DNA of 64,000 bases from Paramecium tetraurelia (lineage: Eukaryota), in NCBI GenBank assembly GCA_000165425.1, contig CT868031.1, positions 1 through 64,000 of the forward strand, given 5' to 3'. A program made the translations under genes and the position numbers. The notes under the pieces were generated by a model that saw only the letters and a list, made by a program, of their open reading frames with translations, was not told where the DNA came from and made no database searches. Shown one piece after another: positions 37,295-51,205 of this stretch. How positions within the stretch are numbered: position 1 is the first letter of the stretch; every line of letters begins with the position of its first letter.

Positions 37295-39379
37295 TCAAAT
37301 TCTTCTAATTAATAATCCCATATCCCATTATGCATTTAATCTTCTTTTATCTAAAGTCTCAAACACTCCAACTCCATTAGGCATTCCATTCATAAATACA
37401 CAGGTTACTTTTTCTCCATTACTGAGTTCCAATTACCCGAATCCACAAAATTCCCCTTCTTTGAAATCACCCATATAATGAATCCATTATTAATCCAATT
37501 TTGTAAAATCTTTGTAATCAAATAAATTATTGAAATACTTTGGTTTTGGATTGGTAGCCTTGCCATAACCATCGTATTCTCCAAACTTGAAAGAGCCTTC
37601 ATAAATCAATTTCCCGTTTTAATATAAGGTTCCTTTTCCATGATATTTATCGTTTTTCCAACAGCCATCATAAGAGAACTCATTCGATACGTATTGTCCT
37701 AAGCCATCTCTCAGTCCGTTCAAAACTTCGCCATAATAAGAGCCACCATCATTACAATTCATTTTTCTTTTGTTTCTATTTTCCACTATTAAATTATTCT
37801 TTGTAGTAATTTCTTTGATGTCTTCCATTTATGGCTTTGATTATGGTTCTCCAATAGGAGATACTCTAAAAGAGTTCACATGAGAATAACTCACATTCTT
37901 TGAATTTGCTCTTGATTTTGATATTTTAGTCTCAATTCTTTACTAAACTTCAAAATTGTAAATGATATTGATTGGCTAGATTGGTTGCAACTCACTAATC
38001 TTAGCTTCCAATCTTATCCAATCGGGTCTTATTTCTTAATTGGTAGTCAACATGAATTGCAAATATTAAACCAATTTGTATGAATAATTAGTGTCAACTT
38101 CCTTGATCAATTAATTTAATCGATATTCATCAAACACATTTTAATAGATCTCATAAACAGTCTCATGTTTATGAGGTCCTAAACACAACTATAAAATGCA
38201 CAATCCTAATTAAAACACATCAGATTTCCAAGTTGGCAAGGTTGATTAATCATTCAATAAAAATGCGTTGTATAATTCATTGCTTAATAAGATTTTACTT
38301 TGTTGATTCTAAAATTTCTTCTAAAGTACGTTTGCTTCTTGGTTTATATAAATAAGTTTATACAACTATGAGCTATCTATCAGATGAGTTAGCACAATGT
38401 GATTTAGAGTTACATTGCCATGAACTATGCCTTTTAGATGTAAAGAATATAATGCTTCAACCATATTCTACAGAATCAGCCAAATCTCATGTTCTTGATA
38501 GTGCTTATGCTTTATTGTACTTTCACAATCGGAATGAATATAATCCAATAAGGTACACACTCTGAAAGTGCCAAAACACAAACAAACATATTTTTTGGTA
38601 TGAATCAAATGTATATTTACTAAATTGGCATGAGTTAATTATTGCTTTTACAATTGCAGCAGTTTCTCTTATTATTCATATACTGAATATTTATCAAATA
38701 TGAACACTCGTAGACTCAATTTATATGAGGGATTCAATTTATGAGTTAAAGTATAATGTTAAAGATTAAGAGGATCATTTTACAATTCGGAATCAACGTC
38801 AAAATATTTGTACAATAAAGGCATTTGTGTTTCGTTTAAGGACTAATGAGAAGGCATAGTCTTCAACATTTAAAGGCATGATTCCTCATATTTCATTTTC
38901 AAATAATTTGAATCGTATTAGGTCTTCAATTGCTGTTGTTATTGTAAATACTATTATTACTATTGGAGCAATAATTGCTGCTATTCCAATTATTACTATT
39001 GGAGTAGTTATGCTTATTACTCTAATTATGGATCTTGTTGTTGTTAATCAGGTACAATTGTTTAAAATTATTAATTGTAATTGTCAATGAGTTGCTATTA
39101 TTAGAGCAGGAATTGGTTTTGTTGAGGTTACTGGATGGTTGTAAAGAAAGATTATGACTGATGTATGGGTAAAGTGTTGACTGACAATCCTAACAGCTCT
39201 TCTTGCTATTTTTGAGACCAAGTTTTTATCAAAAATTGCTGTTCTGGTGATAATCTATTGAAATCAAGTGGTGGAGTATTTGAATTACGACTCGTTTCCA
39301 GTGGTTGCAGCCGTTGTGATTAGGCCATGCTTTGTTTGGATGAATCATTTAATGTTTGATTGAATTATCCCAAATACAT
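37295..39379 (-). CDS. Gln-rich N-terminus + pseudokinase domain + MORN repeats
   Basis: LYFLHQKGIVHGNVTLNHI, KSDVFQLGLCIL, FMLTTNQEIRPD; MORN repeats YYGEVLNGLRDGLG and YDGCWKNDKYHGKG. Confidence 0.8.
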
Positions 39380-39391
39380 ATAATTATTAAT

Positions 39392-40587
39392 ATGGGAAAT
39401 TGTTAAACTCATTGTTATCAAAAGAGTGCTAGTTAAGTGAATAGCGTTGATTGCACTAAATTAATCATTCATGTGAAAACGTGGCAAAAAGAGGCCTTCT
39501 CATTGTTCGATTATGAGAATGCTGCCAATGTGTAAGAACAAACCTTTTAGGTAAATATATACAATTATAACGGCAGATTAATTCAGATGGTTATTTGGTG
39601 GGTCGAAACTAAGTGGAATGGACTGAAAATGAATCTATCATCAAGGATTAACTTTGCAAGATAAAGAAAAAAAATGAAAATTACTACTTAGTAAATTCCT
39701 TCGTAATGAATGAGGATTAGAAATCAGTAATTTAAGAAAACGAAGAATGTCATACTATTGGAAATAAGTAACAACTCTATATTTATTTTTTAGAACTGTG
39801 TCTGGCAAAATAGGTAACAAAATTTGGAAGGTGATTCATGAAAATGGAATTCCCCTAAAGGAAGGGGATGTAATCAAATTAGGAAGAGTCAAATTCACTA
39901 TCCGATCTATTGTTTTGGATGTTCAACATGTTCAATCCATTTTGGAGTTCGAATCACAATAATCAAGTGTCTCTGATTAATAGATGTGTAGGATCTGTTG
40001 TTCCTCTTAGTAAACTGCTAAGAATCCTCTTTTGAATCCTTGTAAATGTAGTGGGTCTATCAAGTACATTCATTTGGAATGTTTAAAGACTTGGTTGAGA
40101 ATGAAATTAGAAAATCGACAAAGCGAAAATTGTACTGTTTATTTGTGGAAGAACTTGGAATGTGAGTTGTGCAAATTCAATTTTCCACCTAAGTTCAAAA
40201 GTGATGATGCCTACTATGATTTGATTGAATTGAGTAAGCCAAATGATTACCCTTATTTAATGATGGAATTCACCAATAAATAAGTATTATTTAGACTCAA
40301 TTATGAAGGGCTAATAAATTGAATGGAATAACAGTTCGGGTGTCTATATTGTTAAATTCTCGAACTCCAGAGACCTTCGACTTGGAAGGTCCAATGATAC
40401 TGATGTTAGGGTTAATGATATATCAGTAAGCAGGAATCACGCTCGACTTTTTGTTTCTGATAATTAAGTTTATCTTTTCGATAATCATTCTAAATTTGGC
40501 ACACTATAATAAATAAGAGAAGAAAAATTATAAATTTAAAGAGGCCTGGAAGTTTAAATTGGAAGAAGCCTAATTTCCTTTTAATGA
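39392..40587 (+). CDS. RING-CH + FHA domain protein
   Basis: MGNC start; CRICCSS...NPCKCSGSIKYIHLECLKTW; FHA LGRSNDTDVRVNDISVSRNHA...DNHSKFGT. Confidence 0.92.
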
Positions 40588-40794
40588 AGTTTCATTTTAT
40601 TTATTAAAATCTTTTATAATTTTTGTATTACATTGTTTCACTGTTATTTAAATTGTCATTAAAATTATTACTATTTTAGCCGATGGAAACAACTTACAAA
40701 CCACAATAAACCGAAAAAAATTAAATCTACCCTAAAAATTTTTAGTTTTGATTCACTGAGATTCGAACATATTCATTAATATAAATAAAGTTTG

Positions 40795-41925
40795 ATGTAT
40801 TTATAGAATTCCAATTACAAAATACTCTCAACGCTAGGTGCAGGTTCTGGGCATCAAGTCTTGAAAGTCAAACATAATTAGACGTCTCAAATTTTAGCCT
40901 TAAAAATGGAAAAAAATCCTAACCTAGGCTAGTTAGAAGGAGAAATAAAAAAACTAAAGGAACTTGCTGGGACCTTTGGCATACCATAGTTGATCGATTA
41001 TGGAAAGACTTAGGATTAGAAGTAAATATATTCGTAATTTCAAAGGAGTTATTTAATCACTCCACTTTTAAAAAAAAATCTCCATGAAATCACCAAAGAC
41101 CACCTACTTTCTCAACGTCAGATAATAGCCATTGGATTGTCTCTTATCAATATTTTACAGTAAATTCATAAAAAAGACATTCTACATCTTGACATAAAAC
41201 CAGAAAATATTATGATATCATAACCTTTTATCAACGTTCCGATTGATGAAATTTTAAAACCTGGTTTCATGTATCTTATAGATTTCGGCCTATCTTAAAA
41301 AATAGGTCTCAGACCTTTGTCAAATAAAGTGTTTGTTGGATCTTTAAGATATGCCAGCAGACAGGCCCATAAAGGAAATGCACTTGGGTACAAGGATGAT
41401 TTAGAAAGTCTTCTTTATGTTTTGGTGAATCTAAGAAATTGTAATTATTATGTACTATTTTTAGAGAACTTACCTTGGCAATCGCTAAAATAACAACAGA
41501 CCCAATAAATGGAAATTAAAAAAATTGGTGAAATGAAAGATGCCATTTTTAATACATTAGTTCTGTCCTAGAAATTTCCTCCATAATTTTAATTATTCAA
41601 ATCATATATTGAAACCTTGACTCAAAAGACTATGCCAGATTATGATTACATTAAAAACCTTTTCAAATAGATGCTTTCTATAGGAGATCAATCAACATCT
41701 GCTAAATTAAGTAATTCAGTCACTCTAAGCTAATCAATCAGGGGGACAAAATAAAACAAGAATAATGATTAGATAATGATGCTTTTAGCAAATATACCAA
41801 ATAATGATTCTATTCACATTCCTGAAGATCAGGTAGACACTGAGACTTCGATTGTATACATCTCAGACTTAATAAGTTCATACCCAACTTTCTCCATTAA
41901 ATCAATAACTGATATCAAGTATTGA
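40795..41925 (+). CDS. Casein kinase 1-family kinase
   Basis: LGAGSG, LALKME, HLDIKPEN, LIDFGL, GSLRYASRQAHKG...KDDLESL; start codon uncertain. Confidence 0.88.
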
Positions 41926-42013
41926 GAAATTGTTTAATTTATCTTTGATTCATATCTATATCTATATTGTAATTTATTGGTTTATTATAATAGAAATTAA
42001 ATAAATCATAATT

Positions 42014-42386
42014 TCATTTTTAAGGTTTGTATACGGAACAGTAAATCTTTCTCTTACCTTGATACATGTTGAAGGATTTTTCAATTAAACTTTGAGCGTC
42101 TTCGATTCTTTTTTTAGAACCTAAATCTAATTTCGCAGCAAAAAATTTGTCTACTTACTTTCCTATTTATTTTTCTCTAAGCTTAATTTCAATTTAATCA
42201 TCTTGAATTTGTTCATTGTTAAATATTTTTTAATTCAACCATAATTTAATACTCTCTTTGGTTTCATTATTAGGAAATCCTTCAACAATTAAAAATTCTT
42301 TTTCCCAAACTTCTGCTTTTTTTTATTATTATTGTTGTTATTGTTATTATTATTATTATGGTTATTATTATTATTATTACTATTAA

Positions 42387-42422
<36 letters not shown>

Positions 42423-43188
42423 TATTATTATTATTCAACTTATTATACTTATTATACTTATTATTATGGTTTAGTTAATAATGGATCTTCTTTCTAAACA
42501 CCAATCACTTCATCATCAGAATCGTTGATATCTAATGCATCAATATCAAGTGAGATAGTTTGACCATTAATTTCAATGTTGTGTTATTGAATGATTTGCT
42601 CAGCACTCTTTTTGTTAAAGGCGATTATGGTTCCTGTTCCAGTTTTGTAATTTGTGCCATGTTTAAAGTCAAATTATACTGATTTCACATTTTATGCTCC
42701 CATCAATTAAATAATATCCTTGTCTTTTGTATTCCATTTATTATGACTGAATCTAATCTTAATTTCTTCCTGATCTCCATAATGTTTCAATCTCTTGATT
42801 AGCTTATCCATATGTGCTTTATTATGGTACTCTCTACAATAAATCTTATTATTAACCTTTCAAAATCGTCGTCATTATCATCATCACTCTCAGTCCCGCC
42901 GTCATATTAATTTAATAAATCATCTATATCATCTTGAGCATCTATAATAGATCAGATAAGATTAATACATTTGTATTTGATTGAATCCCAAAACTTCAAG
43001 CTATTTTGATTTGGTTTAGTTGGTTCACCATTTGAATTATAGTAATTGCCAAATTCATCAAACCAACCCCTATATTAGTCATAATAGAAATCTATATAAT
43101 CTCCAGCCTCATAAATAGTAAAACCAGAATGATCTTTGAATTCTTCGTACTCCAAGAAACGATCGGGGTCAGCCCTTTTGCGTGCCAT
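42014..43188 (-). CDS. Hypothetical protein with two putative RRM-like regions and a polyGln linker
   Basis: YYDQYRGWFDEFGNYYNSNG; TGTGTIIAFNKKSAEQII...INGQTISL; FLIVEGFPNNETKESI. Confidence 0.7.
42323..42470 (-). repeat. Imperfect (TAA)n trinucleotide repeat encoding polyGln
   Basis: (TTA)n on the + strand, in frame inside the gene at 42014-43188. Confidence 0.9.
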
Positions 43189-43884
43189 TAATTAATTTAT
43201 ATTACACAATAAATTATTTAATATTTAATCCAATAATGCCTCGAACATCACTTCTACAAATTCCTAACTTTCTCAAATTAAATAATTTCAATAGCTTCTC
43301 TCCAATCTAATACACATTTCACTTAAAATTTAGAGATGTTAATTTTTTCCAAAAACCCAAGATACCTAAAATACCACATTTAGAGATGCCTACTATTCAA
43401 TCTGATATTCTTTCTTTGTATTAATCAATTCTTATGTTCTAACTTGATGATCAAAATTGTTTTTTCAAAATTTTTATAATTTTTGTTAAGTGCTTTTATT
43501 TTATATAGAAAAGTGATTTCAAAACTTAAAAACGATTAAATATATAGGTATTTAATTATAGATACAATTTATAACTATAAACAAGGATTATTTATAATTT
43601 TAAGATTATAGTGTTTATATTATTATAATATCATATTTCTAGTCGGTTCCAAATCCAGTTTATACCCAATTTCTATATTTTATCGATCAAATGCCTCCAT
43701 TCTGTCTATTCTTACTTATCTTATTAATCAACCCTGATCAAAATATAAAAACAAGTACAGTTTGTAGAGAGCGGTTATGGAATGAAAATTGAATAATTAA
43801 ATAGTTTTTAGTTATTAACTTAAATGATTATGAATTACGACATTATCACAAGTACATATTTTAAAATTAATTTTATATATTTTT

Positions 43885-44489
43885 ATGGGAAATTTGTTCG
43901 AAAAATTGAAGAATTTATTCTCTACTCAGAAGTTGGAAGTTTGTATGGTTGGATTAGAGAATGTTGGAAAAACTACGATGTTGAATTAACTTTCTATGGG
44001 GGATCCTTCATTTACAGTGCCCACAGTGGGTCTCAATGTCAGAACTGTGAAGAAAGGTGGGGTGACTATGAAAGTAGGGGTATATTTAGAAAATAGATCT
44101 GGGATATTGGTGGCTAAGTACAATATAGGCCAGAATGGGGAAATTATGCTTAAGGTTGTGATGCACTTATATTCCTCGTTGATACAAGCAATGTAAAGAT
44201 GAGTATTATAATAGTAAGCAACTTTGGGTACGTCAAAAAAGGAATTGCATAATTTATTAGATAACAAATCATTGCGAAATATTCCAATATTGATCATAGG
44301 GAATAAGATTGATGTGAATCCTCATCTAAATGAAAAATAATTGATAGAAGGTAACAAATGATTAATGTAGGCTTAAACTTGGATTACATAACATCGAATG
44401 GATGGGCTGTGGCAATGTGCAGTGCATTGACAGGAAATAACATTACTCAAGTGGTGGATTGGTTGATTACTAAATCAAAAAAGCAATGA
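43885..44489 (+). CDS. Arf-like small GTPase, ARL8-like
   Basis: GLENVGKT, PTVG, IWDIGGQ, GNKID, CSA; 3 introns. Confidence 0.9.
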
Positions 44490-44728
44490 GACTATATATA
44501 GTATTTGTAATTCATTCCGAAATATATATTACAATTAAAGTCAAAGGCCGTCAAAGAGTCTCATTTCCTGTAAAATATGGTGAGTCAAATTTACTTAAAA
44601 TTTGATTGGGCTAATTTTACTAGCATAATTATTATTTATTTTTGCTTGGATTCATTGATAATAATGATTCATTTAATTAAAGTTTATTGCTAAATTGATT
44701 ATTGTAAATTAAGTTTTTAGTATTTATT

Positions 44729-46485
44729 ATGAAAAAAAATATCACTAGCAATGAAATGAGACTGAAAAGTGCTGTTTAATTCAAATTTCAGGAATTCGTT
44801 AACTCAAAACCAGCTCCTAGCGTAACTACTAGATTGCAAACTGGCACGACAACATCCAGGAATATTGAAGATTTTGCCAAACCATTATTTTCAGAACCCA
44901 AATTTCTAGGAGTTTTGAGAAGAGTTAGTTCGTAAGTCAGTCTTGATAAACCTGTAGAGGATGTATATTAATCTTAGAACCAGTCTCTTAAGGCTGTTAG
45001 TTCGGAAAGAACGTAAAAAGTGTGACTATTACTAAAGTACAATCAGGGCCTCATAAAAAATTATAGTAACGTCTGAAAATATGCAAACCTAAGAAATCAA
45101 AAGGCGGATGAAATTTGATCCTTCGATTAGATAGCAAGTCAGCATTTTGAAGATTAAGATTTTGAAAAATGTTCCTTTAAAAAAATTCCTTCTGTATTTA
45201 GTAGGTAAAGAAAAGATTTTATTTGAACTCTTAAGATTAAAACAAATGCCATAAGCTATTGATATAATGTAGAGTATTATAGAGATGGCAATTGGAACAA
45301 AAAGTGTTGTTATTTTTATTGAGATTCTACTGTTCATTGCAGAGACACTTGAAAATTCAAATCAAATTGATTTGGCAATTCACTTTTACAATCAAGTAAG
45401 AATTGGAAGCACATATGGAAAACAAACCCTTGATATATATAAGATGAGATCTCTGGTTGGGTTAGCAAGTTGTTGCATGGAATTTCAATGTTATGAGAGT
45501 GGAGTTAAGTTTTTAAAGAAGTGTTTATAATATGCCTGGATAAATAATAATTAAGAATATGAGAATATTGTTTACTAGAAGTTAGGAATGCTCTATTTCT
45601 ATTTAGGTAACATCGAAAAAGTATAACAAATATAATTTCTAGGCTACTTTCTATCATGAAAGATCTATAAACTATGATTATGAATTGGAAACATCTCCAT
45701 TGAGATAATTAAGTTGCGATACTCTTAAAAATTATCTGAATAAGAATTTTCCAAAAAACAGTGCAGAGAATATGAATAATCTCTTTCTAAGTAAACTCAG
45801 TCTCAAATTCCATGTTGACATTGCTTAATTATCAGAAGAACTTATAAAAGGATCTGAATTGACTCCTTCACCAAGGATATTTCTATCTTCCCAAGATTGT
45901 TCAAGAAGAATGTCTATATCAACTGAGTCTAGAGAATTAGCAAATTTGAAAATAAATGGATAAAAACTAATTACTTAAATTTTAACCTAATAAGAATTTG
46001 ATTTCGAAGTTTATACGCCTAAGCATTCATGTATAATGTACCATTATAATAGTCAGAAATGAAAGTTCCTGTTTTAATTTCCTAAAAAACAAAAAAGTAC
46101 ATCCTTAAGATGTGTTTCATGATTTAAAATACAACAATAATCCATTTTTATTGAATGGCATTGGTGTTGAACCAAATAAAAATTAACTCAATTTTGCGGA
46201 ATATTTAAGCAAATATAAGTTGTCACTTCAAAAAAAAGTAGATCTTAGATTATAATAAAAATTTGATATCAACATCGATCAAAAATTGTAATATGCTGTA
46301 AATAGCAATTATAAGGCTTTTGAAAGGAAAAATAAAATATTGGTATATGATTCATTCTATATAAGTTAACTCACAAAAACTCAGAAAACACAAGAAAAAA
46401 TAAATTGCTAGATGAAACTAAAAAATTTAATAGCATTACTACATTATACCAGTAATTAATTAACAAATTGCTTAGTGTGTAATGA
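44729..46485 (+). CDS. TPR-containing protein
   Basis: LAIHFYNQ...SLVGLASC...GVKFLKKCLQYAW...VYQKLGMLYFYLGNIEKATFYHER. Confidence 0.75.
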
Positions 46486-46784
46486 ATAAAGTAATACTGC
46501 TTATATATTTATTATTTCAAACTCTTAAAATGGAAAAGACCTAATATTCATTTTCTTATATTTATTCTCTTAAACTATTCATAATAAGAATATATTTATT
46601 ATAAGTTTTTCACTTTGCTTCTTGATTCAATATCCTTAATCTAGGATAGAATTATTTAATATTATTTATTTATTTTCTATATTTCTGAATATTGGTCTGA
46701 AAAGAATTAAGCACTTTTAATTGTATTGAATTATTATCAATGTTGAGGTACTAATTATTTTTTTGAAAAATATAAGTATTAAAA

Positions 46785-48934
46785 ATGCAACAAAAGGTTA
46801 ACTTTTTGGTAGATCTCTGTAGGAAGCTTATTTTCATACAATAAGAGAGATGTTGGTTTAGAGAGATTAGGAGAATTTAATTTAATATTATATTAATTAT
46901 AAATGTAATATGAGAATAGAAAAGTCTATGAGAATGCTATGGATTAATTTAATGAGGCAGATATCAAAGAGTTTCAATTAAAAGATTTCAAAAATTCCAA
47001 CAATCTAGAGCTTTATTCATTATTATTATTAGATATTTAGAATTCATATTATCAGGACAATAATCTAAATGTATCAGAATTCTACAACTCACCACAATTG
47101 ATAAATGCTTTCAACATTGTATAATACAAAATGAATAATTTAAAATTACTTTTTGAATCAAGAGACACTAATCTATTCGGAGTTTGGCTTTGGAAATAAG
47201 GAGAATAATTATTAATATATGCTGATGATTTAATACCATGTAAAAAGAACGGCGATAATTATCAGCTGGCAACAGTAATTTCAAAATACAGATGGCCAAT
47301 AATTTTGGAAAAAGCAATAGGAAAATTATTAGGATTTGAGTATGAGTCCTTTAATATAATATAAAACGATTCAATTGAATTTTATCTCTAAGTAACATTC
47401 AAATTAAATAAGATTAGATGATGACTGGATCAGAAGTATATGAATAGGAATTCCAATCTATTGAAGAATTATAGGAAAAGATTAAAGCTAATTAGGAAAT
47501 TTATTATGTCAAGTACACCTAAGACTCAAAAACGATAGCGGCTGTAATCTCTTTCAATAAAAATAATTAATAAGAAAACGTAAACCTTATTTAATTGATT
47601 GCTCCTAATGAATAGTCTGTTTATAAGAAAGGTAATTTATGCATATATAAATTAAGGGAGGTAAAAACATGAATCATCTTGTTATCTAACTTGGGAAGAA
47701 TTTAAATAGAATTTTTAATCTATTTTCGTTTTAGTTTGGATGGATGATTATAAATACAGAGTGAATTCAATAATATTAAAGAACCCAATAGAGCGAAAAT
47801 CTGATTTTATAGAACACACTTATTGTTATAAGTTTAAAATAAGTGAGGTTGGCAATTATTAGTTGACTTTAAGGTAGAATGATATTCTAATTAATAATGG
47901 TAAGATAGATATAAAAGATTAAAAATTAAAGAATCAATTAGGTTTAATTAGAATGCTCTTGTTTTAAGAATTGGATCAAACGTAATACAAATTTATTGAT
48001 GGAATTTGTGATTTTAAAAATGGTATTTCCATCAATTCAACACTTTAGAAAGGAGAATATTGTATTGTATGTCAAGGCTATTTTAATTATTTTTCAAATT
48101 ATACTGAAAAACAATAATTAGAGTAAGTTAAATTAAATTTGTCAATGGCTGGACTAAACCTTAACTTCAACATAGACCCAGATCATTTGGATGAATAAAA
48201 ATAAATTAAACTAATTACAAGTTTGATAAAAGTAAAATCTCAATAAGAGAAGATAAGATACTTCAATACGATTGGACAGCCCTAAATAAAAGTGACTACT
48301 AGCCAGAATTATGGTTTCTTGTATTTTTATTATGAAAACAGAGGAACAATAGATATTCAAGAAGAAATAGAGTTTATATAATTGGGATACTTGCTCAATT
48401 ATTAATAATTATAAAAATAGAATAAAGACTTAGTAGTAGTCAAGGTGAACAATTTCTAGATTCTATTGTATACTTTAAATCCTAAAATTATCCTTTCGTA
48501 AGATCCAAAAATATTTGAATTTTAATATAAACACAGAATAATAAATGATATCTAATAGTCTGAAGTGATTAATTAAAATGGATAAAATTAATAATAAAAA
48601 GGGATAAATGAAATAATTTAATTATAAAATACTGAGGTTATCTAGTGTGATTCTGTTGTTGCTTACATAAATTAACACGATTAAGGTATATTAAGAATTA
48701 TAATAAGGGATGATCATTTAGTTTGAGAATATATCTGAAAAAAATGTTGAAGTAACTTTATAATTTAGTGTGCTTGAGAACCTGGATGTTGTGGAAAATA
48801 CGAACTTTAATAAGGATGGAATGAAATACTAATTTTCAGTTTAACCATAATCTATTATGGTAATGCTTTTTGATGTCATAGAACCATCAAATCCATATCA
48901 TTATAAAATGAAATTAGATTGTTTTAATAATTGA
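46785..48934 (+). CDS. Calpain-like (CysPc) protein, probably inactive
   Basis: FGVWLWKQGEQLLIYADDLIPC...WPIILEKAIGKL; no QGxLGDCW catalytic motif; 5' exon structure uncertain. Confidence 0.7.
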
Positions 48935-48991
48935 TAATGAGCATTTTCTATTTATCATTTTTTTAATAATTAAAAAAAATCTTAATTTTCC

Positions 48992-50649
48992 TCATTTTTT
49001 AAATTAATCTATCATTTAAGTGGTTGAAACAACTTTGAAAAGATCGCCTACTCTTTCATCAAGATCAACTTTCACGATATAAATAATTTTCTAAAATCTA
49101 ATTAAATTTAATACATCTCTGCATAAATAGCATTCAGTTTTTTATTTCCAAATATCAATTGCACATTAATAGCAAACACCACCATGTCCACAATTCATAA
49201 ACACTGCATTAGGCCCCCTCTCATAACAAACGATGCAAATATTGCTATTCTAACTAAGATCGGGTTTATAATTTTGAATAGATTCATCCCTATCAGCCTT
49301 TCATATTATAAATATTTACACTTATTAACTAAGAATTACTTTTTTTTTTGTCTACCTAAGATTTTACGATATTAGCAAATTCTTAATTAATTGTGCATGA
49401 TTATTTTTCAAATATCTTAAAATCTATCTCTTGAAGCATTTACGAACCCACGCCTTAACTTGAGAAAGCTCGTTTGTGTCCTTTTGATAATTTCTTTAGA
49501 ACAGGAGATCCATAAATGGAATCCTGAGCAATACTATGTTGTCTTTTAGGAATACTAAAGTAAGCTTTCGATATCTTCTACATTACTTGAGGCACTCTTG
49601 TTCTTGATGAAAGAGTGTTTAAGATCTATAATGTTTGGTTGTTTCCTTGAGTGTTCGCAGATTATTGTTGTTGGTTAGTTAATGGCTCGTCATCTTGGAG
49701 AGTACTAAAAATGTATTCCTTAATTTCTTTATGGAAATAAATAGAATAGAACATTATGATTACAAGTTCAGCCAAAAGGAAATATTAAAGAATTAAGAAT
49801 TTCTTTGTGTAATTTACAGTCTTGGATAAGAAATCTAGGTAACCAAAGGATATGAGACCTATGCATATTGAGACATATATTATTAATTGAGTTAGCCAGA
49901 TGTAGAAGATTACTACATATACAAATATGGATACTTTTTGATTTTTTATAGCTTGATTTGTCAAATAAATATTGAACAATCTTATTGAAAGTTACTATTG
50001 AGCAGGCGACACCGATGCCTATTGAACAGAAGAGACCCAACCATAAATTCCAGAGCACAGCACTCCAGTCCCAATTTATTAGCTTATCCAATTTTAAACT
50101 CACGAATATCGAACAAATCAAAATATATAATCTAACAATTGCTAATGTTCTTTTCAATGTTTTCAATGATTCCAAAATGTCTCTGTTAGAATACTGTGAA
50201 TAGCTATCGACTATTATCGCAATAAACAGGAATGCATTGGAGTATATGTATAAATGGTATTCCTGTTATTCTAATACTAAGAATGATGTTATAAATAAGC
50301 AGTCTAATAGGGTAATAATCAAATAAATGTAGACTCCTTTCATCTTCCTGAATATGAAATGATAATTACCATCGAACATGTTGATGTTTGCATTAAAAGC
50401 ACTGATAAAGAAAATTCAACAACTCAATAAAAAGGTAGGCCAGTAATACGATAAAGATGATGATTTTGTTGAACTATAATTAAACATAAAGGCTAAGGGT
50501 TAGTTATATGAATGTTGTAAATAAAAATTTAATTATTAGTGAATTGTACAAATGCTTTGATCTCATACCATTTCTTAAACTTATGAAAAATGAAGTTACT
50601 TAATTTCTGATAACGAGAGGGCAACATTCGTTTCGTTTTACGTCTGCAT
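48992..50649 (-). CDS. Multi-pass membrane protein with a C-terminal C3HC4 RING (E3 ligase)
   Basis: SLKLDKLINWDWSAVLWNLW (TMEM185-like); CIVCYERGPNAVFMNCGHGGVCYQCA...CYLCR. Confidence 0.85.
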
Positions 50650-51205
50650 AGTAGTAATGTATGTATTTAATTTTTATAAATCAAAATATATTCATAAATT
50701 GATTGATTATATTTAACTGAATTTAGATTGCAGTAGATACTAAAATTAAGTTATTAAAACCATGGCTTAAAAGAAAAGGGCTAATTCTTTGATTACTAAT
50801 CAATTTCAGTAGATTGATTTAAGTAAATAAAGAATATTATTTAAAGTGATGTAAAATTAGTTGCACAATATTTGTATCAATTTTTATTAATAATCAAATT
50901 TAATTCAATTTTAACTATTTAGTTAAACTAGTAGGTGTAATATTTATGTTAAATTTTATGAAAATCCTCAAAACCAGAATAACAACTCAATAAAATATAT
51001 AAATAAATTTTGAAACGTTTTAAGTGGATAGGTAAAATATTACTTCGTATAAAGTAAAATTGATGGTAATCAACGCTATTATTACTATAAGTAGTGGAAC
51101 CATTAAAAATGAAATAATAATACAATATTTATCTTTTTAATTTAACTCTGAGACTTTCTTTTTTTGATCTAATTTATATTGTATAAAATAAATTATTATA
51201 TTTCC

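Noticed and set aside
43236..43790. Long TGA-free frame beginning MPRTSLLQIP
   Set aside because: AT-rich and intergenic-like in composition; long open frames arise by chance when TGA is the only stop
44530..44625. Small hairpins downstream of the ARL gene as a possible snoRNA
   Set aside because: AT-rich stems with no convincing C/D or H/ACA boxes
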